From contig CAMCRV010000003.1 in the NCBI GenBank assembly GCA_945877365.1, positions 35,901 to 99,900 on the forward strand: DNA of 64,000 nucleotides, read 5' to 3'. The position numbers were made by a program, and so were the translations under genes. Below the pieces are notes generated by a model. It saw only the letters and a list, made by a program, of their open reading frames with translations, was not told the origin of the DNA and did not search any database. This document shows, piece by piece, positions 55,862-63,790 of this stretch. Source of the DNA: an uncultured Clostridia bacterium. GTDB lineage: Bacteria; Bacillota; Clostridia; Oscillospirales; Oscillospiraceae. Numbering within the stretch: the first letter of the stretch is position 1; each line of letters opens with the position of its first letter.

Positions 55862-55893
55862 CCAGCCCTGCAAAGCGCAGGGCTGGTTTTTTT
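55862..55893. terminator. Bidirectional hairpin terminator between convergent genes
   Basis: 10-bp stem CCAGCCCTGC/GCAGGGCTGG, then T7. Confidence 0.8.
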
Positions 55894-57149
55894 CAGGGAA
55901 GATTGTAGTAAAAGGCATCGGTGAGGTTTTCTTTTACCTTATAGTAGTCATAAATGTTTCGGATACGCTGCCGAACCTGTTCATCAGAATAAATATCTGT
56001 TCGGGTGGTTAAAAAGTAGTCCAAATACGCATCCAAATCGGTGTAAAACAGATCCGTTACCTCGTAAACTGTGTACTGCTGATCCTCATAGACCTTATAG
56101 CCTTTCAGTTCCTCAAAGGTCATCACCCGACCGTAGATAAAGGCATAGTTGTCTTTTTCCAGGGTCATGGGTGTTTCATAGGTAAACAGATAGATCAGCG
56201 GCATCCCAACGCCCCCATCCGTCTGTCCGGGATACTGGGGCAGCAGAGCCTCCAGCTTCAGGCACAGGTCGGTGTCGCCAATGCCGTTGGCCTTTGCTCC
56301 CACCATTCTGCCATAGCCGTCCAGACTGGTATAGTGCTCCCCTACCAGCTGGTACTGCAACTCCTTGGGGAAAGTCTCGTCAAAGACCACATCCGCAGGC
56401 GACGGCCCCACGATCAGCCCGGGGTCCACCGGAGAAATCACATTGCCCGTAAATTCCTGCAAAAGCTGAGCCACCTTCCGGGAATACAGAGCATTCTGCT
56501 GGTCATCCCGAACCGGGTACGCCAGTTCAAAATAGAATCGCAGCTCCTCCTCGATGTCCGCAATGCTCTGGGAAACGCCGAGGGCTGGGTCAGGCTCCGT
56601 GGGCGGCTGCGTGGGCTCTGTTTCCTCCGGTTCCCGGAACCGGAAGGAGCACATCCAGTCGTGTCCAAAGAGAAAATCGTTGTTGGTCAGGATGAAATAG
56701 TGCAGCTCACTGCTCTGCTCCAACGCCGCCACATCGTAGGCTGCGGAGATGTCCACCACCATGGTACCCTCTGTGTGGGGGGCAAACTCTGTGTTCTGAA
56801 AAACAACTTCTCCGCCCTGTTTTTCCACTTCCTCTGAGGTCTCCCAGCACATCAGCTTCAGCTGCTTTTGGAATTTCAGTTCCTTATCCGACCCGTTTTT
56901 CACCTCCACCGTTACAATACCATTGCCCCGGTAGGTGCCTCCAAGGGACAGTTCGTCCCCATTCAGCGGAGAAAACAGGAATTTTGCGCACCCGGGAACC
57001 GCCAGGATCAGGGCAATCAGGGCAGCGATCAGCAGTGTTCTCACCGCCGGGCGAGGGTGTGTTTCGTCCCCGATGGTCTGGTACTCCCCTTCTTCATAGT
57101 ATTGGGGATTGATTTCCCCCAGAATCAACAGCAAATCCTTCCCGGTCAT
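55893..57149 (-). CDS. Single-pass membrane protein translationally coupled to the sigma factor (candidate anti-sigma factor)
   Basis: ATGA overlap with the sigma stop. Short cytoplasmic N-terminus LLLILGEINPQYYEE, one TM segment LLIAALIALILAV, and a large extracytoplasmic domain with no motif I recognise. Confidence 0.45.
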   Translation of the reverse strand: MTGKDLLLILGEINPQYYEEGEYQTIGDETHPRPAVRTLLIAALIALILAVPGCAKFLFSPLNGDELSLGGTYRGNGIVTVEVKNGSDKELKFQKQLKLMCWETSEEVEKQGGEVVFQNTEFAPHTEGTMVVDISAAYDVAALEQSSELHYFILTNNDFLFGHDWMCSFRFREPEETEPTQPPTEPDPALGVSQSIADIEEELRFYFELAYPVRDDQQNALYSRKVAQLLQEFTGNVISPVDPGLIVGPSPADVVFDETFPKELQYQLVGEHYTSLDGYGRMVGAKANGIGDTDLCLKLEALLPQYPGQTDGGVGMPLIYLFTYETPMTLEKDNYAFIYGRVMTFEELKGYKVYEDQQYTVYEVTDLFYTDLDAYLDYFLTTRTDIYSDEQVRQRIRNIYDYYKVKENLTDAFYYNLP

Positions 57150-57766
57150 ACACAGATCCCCTCCTTTTTCAGATACACATACAGCTTTTTGCGGGTGCGG
57201 TGGAGCTGGGTCTTGACCTTACTTTCGCTGAGATGATACCGGGCCGCAATCTGGGCAACACTGTCCGCAAAGAGATAGCGGCGCAGAAAAATCAGGCGGC
57301 TCTCCCCGGACAGAGCTTCCAGAAAGCGTTCCAGTGTATTCCGGACTTCCTGACGGTCAAATTCCTGCTCCTGCCGTCTGTCCGGGATGCAGCTTTCCAT
57401 TTCCTGAGTCAGCTCCACCACCTGAGCATTTCGTCTGGCAGCCAGATTCCAATCCACCCGGTTTAATGAGAGATTTCGGCAGATGGCTGCCAGAAAGCCA
57501 TAGAAGAATTTTGGCTTTTGGGGTGGGATAGATTGCCAGACCTCCAGATAGGTATCATTGACACATTCCTGGGCATCCTCCCGGACATCCAGAATCCTGT
57601 GGGACAGGGCAAAGAGCCTCCGTCCATAGGCCAGATCCGTCTCCCGGACTGCCTGTTCCTTTCGCGCCCAGAACAGCGCAATGATTTTGGCATCCTCCAA
57701 AGAGTTCACATCCTTTCGTTTTTGGTTCCTCACCCCTGTAGTCCCTTTTCCGGGAGGAAAGGTCAC
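57146..57766 (-). CDS. Sigma-70 family (ECF-like) RNA polymerase sigma factor
   Basis: Region 2-like DAQECVNDTYLEVW and region 4 HTH IAARYHLSESKVKTQLHRTRKKL. The true start is uncertain: GTG at 57766, or GTG at 57709 giving (M)NSLEDAKII. Confidence 0.75.
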   Translation of the reverse strand: MTFPPGKGTTGVRNQKRKDVNSLEDAKIIALFWARKEQAVRETDLAYGRRLFALSHRILDVREDAQECVNDTYLEVWQSIPPQKPKFFYGFLAAICRNLSLNRVDWNLAARRNAQVVELTQEMESCIPDRRQEQEFDRQEVRNTLERFLEALSGESRLIFLRRYLFADSVAQIAARYHLSESKVKTQLHRTRKKLYVYLKKEGICV

Positions 57767-57808
57767 ACGGAATCTCTCTTTTTACCATCTCTTTCGCCTC
57801 CTGACCAT

Positions 57809-57838
57809 ATTGTAGCACCGGAAGGGCGTGCCACGCAA
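57809..57838 (-). promoter_or_regulatory. Candidate sigma-A promoter upstream of the sigma factor gene
   Basis: On the minus strand: TTGCGT, 18-nt spacer, TACAAT. Confidence 0.4.
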
Positions 57839-57852
57839 CCGACCAGAGGCAG

Positions 57853-57889
57853 AATATAAAAATGCTGACCGGCGTCAAACCGGTCAGCA
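57853..57889 (-). terminator. Rho-independent terminator after the PspC-domain gene
   Basis: 10-bp stem TGCTGACCGG/CCGGTCAGCA with a 7-nt loop. TTTTTAT follows on the minus strand. Confidence 0.8.
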
Positions 57890-57913
57890 AGCATCCTGAT
57901 AATTCACATGGGA

Positions 57914-58105
57914 TTAAATCGCGGGACGGCGGGGAATGATGATGGCCGCAATGAGATAGGCCAGAATCCCACAGCCGCCCATGGCGCAGAACAGCACCCA
58001 GGCCAGCCGCACCAGTGTGGCATCCACCCCGAAGTACTCTGCGATTCCGCCGCAGACGCCGTCCAGCATCCGATCTTCATTGGATTTATACAATTTCCGT
58101 TCCAT
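57914..58105 (-). CDS. PspC domain-containing small membrane protein
   Basis: 63 aa, LYKSNEDRMLDGVCGGIAEYFGVDATLVRLAWVL, followed by a TM segment. Confidence 0.75.
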   Translation of the reverse strand: MERKLYKSNEDRMLDGVCGGIAEYFGVDATLVRLAWVLFCAMGGCGILAYLIAAIIIPRRPAI

Positions 58106-58117
58106 AATACCCTCCTG

Positions 58118-58972
58118 TTATTTCCACTGCGCAAAGGGCGTCAGTTCCATCTGCACATAATTTTCCGGTTCTGTGGTATAGGTCATGTCGATCAGCTCCC
58201 TATCCTCCAACTTCAGGGTTGAATCAAAGCTGTCATTCCAGCCCGAGGAGCCCTGATTGGCAAAGCAGAAGCCGCCGGCATAGTAATATCGGTTGCGCTC
58301 CGTGCTATCCAGCAAAAGCTGAGGTGCGCCGTTTTCATCCAGTATATACAGGGAGAAAACCAGTTTTCCGAAAAAGGGATCGTCCTTTCTGGAACCGATT
58401 GCCAGCTCCTGCGTGCCATCTCCGTCCAGATCTGCAACTGCATAGCCGATATCCTCCAGGGGCTCTGCAAAGAAGCTGTCAGCGGCCATGTAATTCAGGT
58501 TGTGCTCTATCATCTGCGCGGCATCCCAGCCTCCCGACAGTGCTGTGTAGTATTCGTCAAGTACAGGAGCATAGGCATCCGGGATCGGGTCTGTCTCCTG
58601 CTCCCTGCTCCAAACCGGGAACTCGTGGTCTGCGGTTTTCAGAATCACCCGGTTGATTTCGGTTTTGACCGGAATGGTGATGTCAAAGTCCCCCGTCTCA
58701 AAAAAGCCAAACACAGAGCTGAAGTGAAAACCCACATAGAGCGTCCCCTCCTGTTCCCGGGCATAATAACCACAAAAGCCCGACGGGAAGGAACCGGGAT
58801 AACCGCCCCGGATATGCACAGTCCCCTGTCCAACCTCCACCGTCTCAAGCCATGCGCCCTGGCAGGCGTTGAAACCGCCCAGCTTCCAGCCGTATCGTCC
58901 CACCAGAAAAATGATTATCAGCAGTGCCGCCAGAAGAGCCACTGCGGTGAATGCTCTTTTCAGAAGTCTCAT
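58118..58972 (-). CDS. Membrane-anchored hypothetical protein with an FG-GAP-like DLDGDGTQE motif
   Basis: Start set at MRLLKR, 7 nt after AGGAAG. One TM segment AVALLAALLIIIFLV. The open frame continues to 59131 but that extension runs through the tRNA-derived repeat. Confidence 0.5.
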   Translation of the reverse strand: MRLLKRAFTAVALLAALLIIIFLVGRYGWKLGGFNACQGAWLETVEVGQGTVHIRGGYPGSFPSGFCGYYAREQEGTLYVGFHFSSVFGFFETGDFDITIPVKTEINRVILKTADHEFPVWSREQETDPIPDAYAPVLDEYYTALSGGWDAAQMIEHNLNYMAADSFFAEPLEDIGYAVADLDGDGTQELAIGSRKDDPFFGKLVFSLYILDENGAPQLLLDSTERNRYYYAGGFCFANQGSSGWNDSFDSTLKLEDRELIDMTYTTEPENYVQMELTPFAQWK

Positions 58973-59077
58973 TTGCTCACTTCCTTTCTTTGTTATCAGT
59001 TTACCAGCTTCTTCGTTGATTGGATAGAGCGTTTTTTCGGGTGTTTGTGTCAGATTTTCAGATTCTTCCGGTTTTGG

Positions 59078-59097
59078 GGTCGGAGTGTCGGGATTCG
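59078..59097 (-). repeat. 20-nt direct copy of the 3' end of tRNA-Pro(CGG); att-like
   Basis: GGTCGGAGTGTCGGGATTCG at 59078-59097 is identical to 59248-59267 inside the tRNA (T-loop half through the discriminator base). Confidence 0.85.
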
Positions 59098-59204
59098 CTG
59101 CATTCTGATTCCCCGAGGGAATCAGAATCATGGTGTTGCCGCCGTCCAGCCGGCGGCAAGCAACTGTCCGCCGGACAGTTGCATTGAATGGTTCGAATCC
59201 CTAC

Positions 59205-59246
59205 ACAAGAAATAACCGGAACCCGCGGATGCGGATTCCGGTTATT
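59205..59246 (-). terminator. Hairpin terminator directly after tRNA-Pro(CGG)
   Basis: 12-bp outer stem AAATAACCGGAA/TTCCGGTTATTT plus an inner CCGC/GCGG helix. TTATTTCTT follows on the minus strand. Confidence 0.7.
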
Positions 59247-59323
59247 TGGTCGGAGTGTCGGGATTCGAACCCGAGGTCTCTTGGACCCGAACCAAGCGCG
59301 ATACCAAGCTTCGCCACACCCCG
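59247..59323 (-). tRNA. tRNA-Pro (anticodon CGG)
   Basis: Hand-folded 77-nt cloverleaf. Acceptor stem CGGGGTG/CACTCCG, D arm GCGA-AGCTTGGTA-TCGC, anticodon arm CTTGG-TTCGGGT-CCAAG, T arm TCGGG-TTCGAAT-CCCGA, encoded CCA. Confidence 0.9.
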
Positions 59324-59334
59324 TTAGCCAAATC

Positions 59335-59363
59335 ATTATAATGGAGAAACGCTTCTGTGTCAA
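59335..59363 (-). promoter_or_regulatory. Consensus sigma-A promoter of tRNA-Pro(CGG)
   Basis: On the minus strand: TTGACA, 17-nt spacer, TATAAT, about 11 nt upstream of the tRNA 5' end. Confidence 0.8.
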
Positions 59364-59448
59364 GGGCTGGAATGCGGAAAAAAGAATTTTCCCGGATTTT
59401 TCGGAATAGAATAATCCGAAAGTGTGCTTTCGCCAGGGAGGTGTGTCC

Positions 59449-60024
59449 GTGAATCTGGAAATATCAGGTACCAGCTGGATTCTGGGTGCAATGCTGCTTC
59501 TGGTGGTTCCTTTGAACTGGCTGCTGGCCGCTATAACGGCAGCGGTATTTCACGAGCTTTCCCACAGTGCTGCCATTGTCCTTCTGGGTGGGCATATCCA
59601 TGGGTTGAAAATCTTCCCGGATGGCATCCGGATGGAGACAAGTCCCATGACGGCATGGCAGGAGATTCTTTGCAGCCTTGCCGGGCCGGCAGGCAGTCTG
59701 CTGCTGATGCTTTTGGCGAAGCACACTCCCAGAATCGCCCTGTGTGCGCTGGTGCAGGGCTGCTACAATCTGCTGCCGGTCTTTCCCCTGGACGGCGGAA
59801 GGGCACTTCGCTGTCTGCTGGAATGGCTATTATCGCCCAAAATGGCAAAAATGGTGGAAAGGGTTCTTGTGTGTACCGTTTTGGCGGCAGTCTGTTCTGT
59901 AATCCTGTGGCTGGATCGGAGCCTTTCCATGGGCGGAATCCTGATTCTGATAGGTGCTTTCGGCATCGCTAAAGGGATTTTCAGAAAAATACCTTGCAAA
60001 GAAACGGTTCTCAGGGTACAATAG
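59449..60024 (+). CDS. M50 family (site-2 protease-like) membrane metallopeptidase
   Basis: HExxH motif FHELSH and NLLPVFPLDGG motif. Start set to the GTG 7 nt after AGGGAGG. Confidence 0.7.
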   Translation: MNLEISGTSWILGAMLLLVVPLNWLLAAITAAVFHELSHSAAIVLLGGHIHGLKIFPDGIRMETSPMTAWQEILCSLAGPAGSLLLMLLAKHTPRIALCALVQGCYNLLPVFPLDGGRALRCLLEWLLSPKMAKMVERVLVCTVLAAVCSVILWLDRSLSMGGILILIGAFGIAKGIFRKIPCKETVLRVQ

Positions 60025-60050
60025 AGCCACCAAAATAAAGAGGTAATTCT

Positions 60051-61886
60051 ATGACCGAACTGAAACAAAGAATCCTTCCCATGGTTCAGAAGCCTGCCCG
60101 GTACACCGGCGGCGAATGGGGTGAGGTGAAAAAAGACCTGTCCGGCATCCGGGTTCGGGTGGCCTTCTGCTTCCCGGATACCTACGAAATCGGAATGTCC
60201 AATGTGGGTATGCGAATTCTTTACGGCGTGATGAACCGCATGGAAGGCGTCTGGTGCGAGCGTGTCTTTGCCCCCTGGGGAGACATGGAGGAACAAATGC
60301 GGCAGCACCAGCTCCCCCTCTGGGCGCTGGAAAGTCAGGATCCTGTGAAGGATTTTGACATGATTGCCTTCTCCATCGGCTATGAAATGGCATATTCCAA
60401 CATTCTGAATATGCTGGATCTTTCCGGTGTTCCTCTCCACAGCGCTGACCGGCATGACCTGAAGAACATCGTCTTTGCCGGAGGTGTCTGTGCCTTCAAC
60501 CCGGAACCGCTGGCAGACTTTATTGATTTCTTCTCTCTGGGCGAAGGTGAGGACATCACGGTGGAGATCGTCTCCCTGTATGACCAGGCCAAGGCAGAGG
60601 GCTGGAGCAAGGATGCCTTCCTCCATGCCGTTGCCAAGATTCCCGGTGTTTATGTTCCCAGCTTCTACCGGCACGAGTACAACCCGGACGGCACCCTGTC
60701 CGCCATCGTCCCTCTGGAAGGTGCACCGAAAAAGGTGACCAAGCGGATCATTGAAGATCTGGACAGCGCCTATTTCCCTACGGACATGATTGTCCCCTCC
60801 ACGGAGATCGTCCATGATCGGGCAAATCTGGAGGTATTCCGGGGCTGCATTCGGGGCTGCCGGTTCTGTCAGGCTGGCTTCAGCTGCCGTCCGGTGCGAA
60901 AAAAGAGCCCGGAGGTACTGTACCGTCAGGCTGTGGAAATTCTGGAAAACTCCGGAAACAACGAGATTACCGTATCCAGCCTCTCTACCTCGGACTATCG
61001 GGGGCTGAAGGAGCTGACGGATCAGCTGATTCCCTATTGTGCTGACCACAAGATCAACCTCTCCGTCCCCTCCCTCCGGGCGGACAATTTCTCCCGGGAG
61101 CTGATGCAAAAGCTCCAGACCGTCCGCAAAAGCGGCCTGACCTTCGCCCCCGAAGCAGGCACCCAGCGCCTTCGGGATGTGATTAACAAAAACCTCACGG
61201 AGGATGAGATCCTTACCACCTGCGCCAACGCCTTCTCCGGCGGCTGGAACAATGTGAAGCTCTATTTCATGCTGGGTCTGCCCACAGAGACGGACGAGGA
61301 TGTACTGGGCATTGCGGAGCTGGTCTACAAGGTGATTCAGACCTGGAAGGAATGTGCTTCCAACAAAAAGCGCGGACTCCGGGTTCATGTGGCCACCGCC
61401 TATTTTGTGCCCAAGCCTCACACCCCCTTCCAGTGGGAAAAACAGATTACTCCCCAGGAGTACCTGCGGCGATGCCGTCTGCTGAAAGATCATTTCTATT
61501 CCAAGTCCATTGAATATGACTACCACAGCCCGGATCTGAGCCGTCTGGAGGCTGTCTTCGCCCGGGGCGATCGTCGGCTGGGTCCTGTGATTGAAGCCGC
61601 TGTGAAAAGCGGCGCACGCCTGGATGGCTGGGACGAGTACTTCAATTATGCAAAATGGTATGCGGCTTTCCGGGAGTGCGGGGTGGATGAGGACTTTTAC
61701 ACAACCCGGGGCTATGGTGAAGAAGAAATCCTGCCTTGGGACACCATCGATGTAGGTACCGGCAAGAGGTTCCTGAAGCTGGAGCGCAAGCGTGCCTATG
61801 AGGGGAAGGTCACCCCGGACTGCCGCCATGGCTGCGCCGGCTGCGGTGCTTCCAATCTGCTGAAGGAGGTGGCCTGCGATGCCTAG
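60051..61886 (+). CDS. TIGR03960-type B12-binding-domain radical SAM protein
   Basis: N-terminus VQKPARYTGGEW. Radical SAM motif CIRGCRFCQAG. 611 aa. Confidence 0.85.
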   Translation: MTELKQRILPMVQKPARYTGGEWGEVKKDLSGIRVRVAFCFPDTYEIGMSNVGMRILYGVMNRMEGVWCERVFAPWGDMEEQMRQHQLPLWALESQDPVKDFDMIAFSIGYEMAYSNILNMLDLSGVPLHSADRHDLKNIVFAGGVCAFNPEPLADFIDFFSLGEGEDITVEIVSLYDQAKAEGWSKDAFLHAVAKIPGVYVPSFYRHEYNPDGTLSAIVPLEGAPKKVTKRIIEDLDSAYFPTDMIVPSTEIVHDRANLEVFRGCIRGCRFCQAGFSCRPVRKKSPEVLYRQAVEILENSGNNEITVSSLSTSDYRGLKELTDQLIPYCADHKINLSVPSLRADNFSRELMQKLQTVRKSGLTFAPEAGTQRLRDVINKNLTEDEILTTCANAFSGGWNNVKLYFMLGLPTETDEDVLGIAELVYKVIQTWKECASNKKRGLRVHVATAYFVPKPHTPFQWEKQITPQEYLRRCRLLKDHFYSKSIEYDYHSPDLSRLEAVFARGDRRLGPVIEAAVKSGARLDGWDEYFNYAKWYAAFRECGVDEDFYTTRGYGEEEILPWDTIDVGTGKRFLKLERKRAYEGKVTPDCRHGCAGCGASNLLKEVACDA

Positions 61887-62538
61887 AGCCTTATTTGAAA
61901 AAACGGGAAATGCCATCTGGATTTCCCATCTGGATTTAATGCGGGTATTTCAGCGCAGCTTTAAACGCGCTGGGCTGCCGTTGACCCACACCCAAGGCTT
62001 CAACCCCCGTCCCTCGGTATCCATCGCTCTGCCCATGAGTGTAGGCGTGGAGAGTCGATGTGAGCTGCTGGATTTTGATTTAGAGGGAGATCCAATCTCC
62101 AACGAGGAAATCTGTGAGCGTCTGAATCGTGCTCTTGTGGAGGGAGTCAGGGTTCTCAGGGTTTATGATGATGGAGCCAAGCTCAAACATCTGTGCTATC
62201 TGTCCTGCGAAGTGGATTTGGAGTATGACAACGGCATCCCGGAGCAGGCACAGGCGGAAATCTCCGGGTTGTTCGCCCGGGAAGAAGTGACCGTGGAAAA
62301 AAAGAATAAAAACGGAGTCCGGCAGGAAAACATCATTCCCATGATCAAGCGGCTGGAAATATCTCCCGGAGACAGCAATACCCTGGTGCTGCATGGTCTG
62401 GTCTGCTGTCAGAATCCTACCCTGAACCCCATGCAGCTGTGCACAGCCATTGATCTATATCTTCCGGAGCTGAAGCCGGATTTCGCCAGGTGCCGCCGGA
62501 TGGAAATTTACGATGAAACAGAAACTGTGTTTCGATAG
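61879..62538 (+). CDS. TIGR03936/DUF2344 radical-SAM-associated protein
   Basis: FEKTGNAIWISHLDLMRVFQRSFKRAGLPLTHTQGFNP. Overlaps the preceding gene by 8 nt. Confidence 0.8.
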   Translation: MPRALFEKTGNAIWISHLDLMRVFQRSFKRAGLPLTHTQGFNPRPSVSIALPMSVGVESRCELLDFDLEGDPISNEEICERLNRALVEGVRVLRVYDDGAKLKHLCYLSCEVDLEYDNGIPEQAQAEISGLFAREEVTVEKKNKNGVRQENIIPMIKRLEISPGDSNTLVLHGLVCCQNPTLNPMQLCTAIDLYLPELKPDFARCRRMEIYDETETVFR

Positions 62539-62551
62539 GAGGAAAATCAAA

Positions 62552-62770
62552 ATGGAAAACCAGATTGAACTGGATATCTGCCCCATCTGCCGGGGTGCAG
62601 GCATGATCGTCCATGAAGGCGGCTGGAATGTTCAGGTGGAGTGCACCGATTGCAGCGCACACACCGTCTATGTGGAATACAACAGCGACGCCGAGAAGGA
62701 TGAGGCGGAGAAGTCCGTCGCCCGGCTCTGGAACATGGGCAAGGTAATCTCCGGCGAACGGGGTGAATAA
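62552..62770 (+). CDS. Small zinc-ribbon protein, Lar-like (restriction alleviation family) by pattern only
   Basis: 72 aa. CPICRG...CTDCS and ARLWNMG resemble the Lar pattern CPFCG...C..CG...A..AWN. TAGGAGG RBS. Confidence 0.4.
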   Translation: MENQIELDICPICRGAGMIVHEGGWNVQVECTDCSAHTVYVEYNSDAEKDEAEKSVARLWNMGKVISGERGE

Positions 62771-62779
62771 GGATTTGCT

Positions 62780-62820
62780 GAGGCGGAGACCCTTTCCGGT
62801 CTCCGCCTCTCCCCTGTTTT
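62780..62820 (+). terminator. Rho-independent terminator
   Basis: 12-bp stem GAGGCGGAGACC/GGTCTCCGCCTC, then TCCCCTGTTTT. Confidence 0.75.
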
Positions 62821-62858
62821 CCCGGCAAAAAATTTTTGCAGAAATTTGAAAATAATGC

Positions 62859-62887
62859 TTGCATTTTTCAGGATGCTGTGTTACTAT
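62859..62887 (+). promoter_or_regulatory. Candidate sigma-A promoter of tRNA-Pro(GGG)
   Basis: TTGCAT, 17-nt spacer, TACTAT. Confidence 0.6.
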
Positions 62888-62922
62888 ATCTGAGCGGTCG
62901 GGAGACAGCGGTAAACGAATAT

Positions 62923-62999
62923 CCGGGTGTGGCGAAGTTTGGTATCGCGCTTGAATGGGGTTCAAGAGGCCTCGAGTTCGAATCTCGACACTCGGACCA
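62923..62999 (+). tRNA. tRNA-Pro (anticodon GGG)
   Basis: Hand-folded 77-nt cloverleaf. Acceptor stem CCGGGTG/CACTCGG (one G-U pair), anticodon arm CTTGA-ATGGGGT-TCAAG, T arm TCGAG-TTCGAAT-CTCGA, encoded CCA. Confidence 0.9.
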
Positions 63000-63009
63000 A
63001 AATATTTAG

Positions 63010-63049
63010 AAAACAGCTGATTCTAAAAAGAATCAGCTGTTTTCATTTT
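63010..63049 (+). terminator. Rho-independent terminator after tRNA-Pro(GGG)
   Basis: 14-bp perfect stem AAAACAGCTGATTC/GAATCAGCTGTTTT with a 6-nt loop, in a T-rich context. Confidence 0.8.
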
Positions 63050-63154
63050 AAAAAAGTTGACCCGTTTTTTGAGATTATTCTGCGGAATTTACGCCTGTTT
63101 TTAACAGGTTTTTAACACATCTGTTTTTAATTTTATTATGAAAGAAAAACTTTC

Positions 63155-63208
63155 AGAAGAAAAAATAGGGAGCGTTGCCTGTTATTTGGCAATGCTCCCT
63201 CTGTTTTT
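63155..63208. terminator. Bidirectional hairpin terminator downstream of the holin gene
   Basis: 12-bp stem GGGAGCGTTGCC/GGCAATGCTCCC (one G-U pair) flanked by A-rich and T-rich runs. Confidence 0.7.
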
Positions 63209-63661
63209 CTAATACCTGTCTCCTGCACCTTCAATGGCCTTCGCCCCGGCTTCCAGCAGCTTAATGAGCCACCCGGGCACCGCTGCGCCCATCTTTACGG
63301 CATTTTCCAAAATACTGCCCAGCTCCGTAATGATGTACCACGCAAGCACCAGCGGCAGGATCACACCCGGCCACTGAATCGTCACAGCCGGAATGTTTTC
63401 GCAGATAATCAGCATAATAATGTCCGCCATGCCGGATACTGCCACCACAAGGATCATGCCGCCCTTGTGCCACAGCCCCTGCCGGGCTACCGCGCTGCTC
63501 CACTTGCCCTCCTTGCAGGCCGCCATGGTGCCGGAGATGTAGTCCATGGCCATGGCAGCCACCCACGCCACCATCATAATGCCCTTCCAGCCCAGCAGCT
63601 CCCCCAGCGCGGTGAAGAATACCACCAACGCCGCCTTCCATGCCAACATTGTTTCCTTCAT
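63209..63661 (-). CDS. Phage holin family protein (toxin secretion/phage lysis holin type)
   Basis: 150 aa with three TM segments. MDYISGTMAA...KGGMILVVAV...ITELGSILENAVKMGA is typical of the holin_4 family. Confidence 0.75.
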   Translation of the reverse strand: MKETMLAWKAALVVFFTALGELLGWKGIMMVAWVAAMAMDYISGTMAACKEGKWSSAVARQGLWHKGGMILVVAVSGMADIIMLIICENIPAVTIQWPGVILPLVLAWYIITELGSILENAVKMGAAVPGWLIKLLEAGAKAIEGAGDRY

Positions 63662-63790
63662 TTTGTTTCCTCCCTTGTAAAATCGTTGTCATTGCGAACC
63701 AGTGGTGCTCCGCGCAGCGAATCAAAATCTCTATGATTGCCTGTTGCAATCATTCCTCAATTCCTGCTCAGACTGGTGTGGCAATCCATT

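Noticed and set aside
59190-59200. GGTTCGAATCC T-loop motif on the plus strand, suggesting another tRNA gene.
   Set aside because: Flanking bases do not form a T stem, an acceptor stem or an anticodon arm. At most it is a tRNA fragment, and it is discussed under the att-scar finding.
59763-61916. 717-aa ORF antisense to the TIGR03960 radical SAM gene.
   Set aside because: An antisense shadow of a strongly supported gene, with no RBS and no motifs.
63261-63749. 162-aa ORF overlapping the holin gene in another frame.
   Set aside because: The holin frame has clear family motifs and TM segments. The alternative frame is Gly/His/Ala-rich with no RBS.
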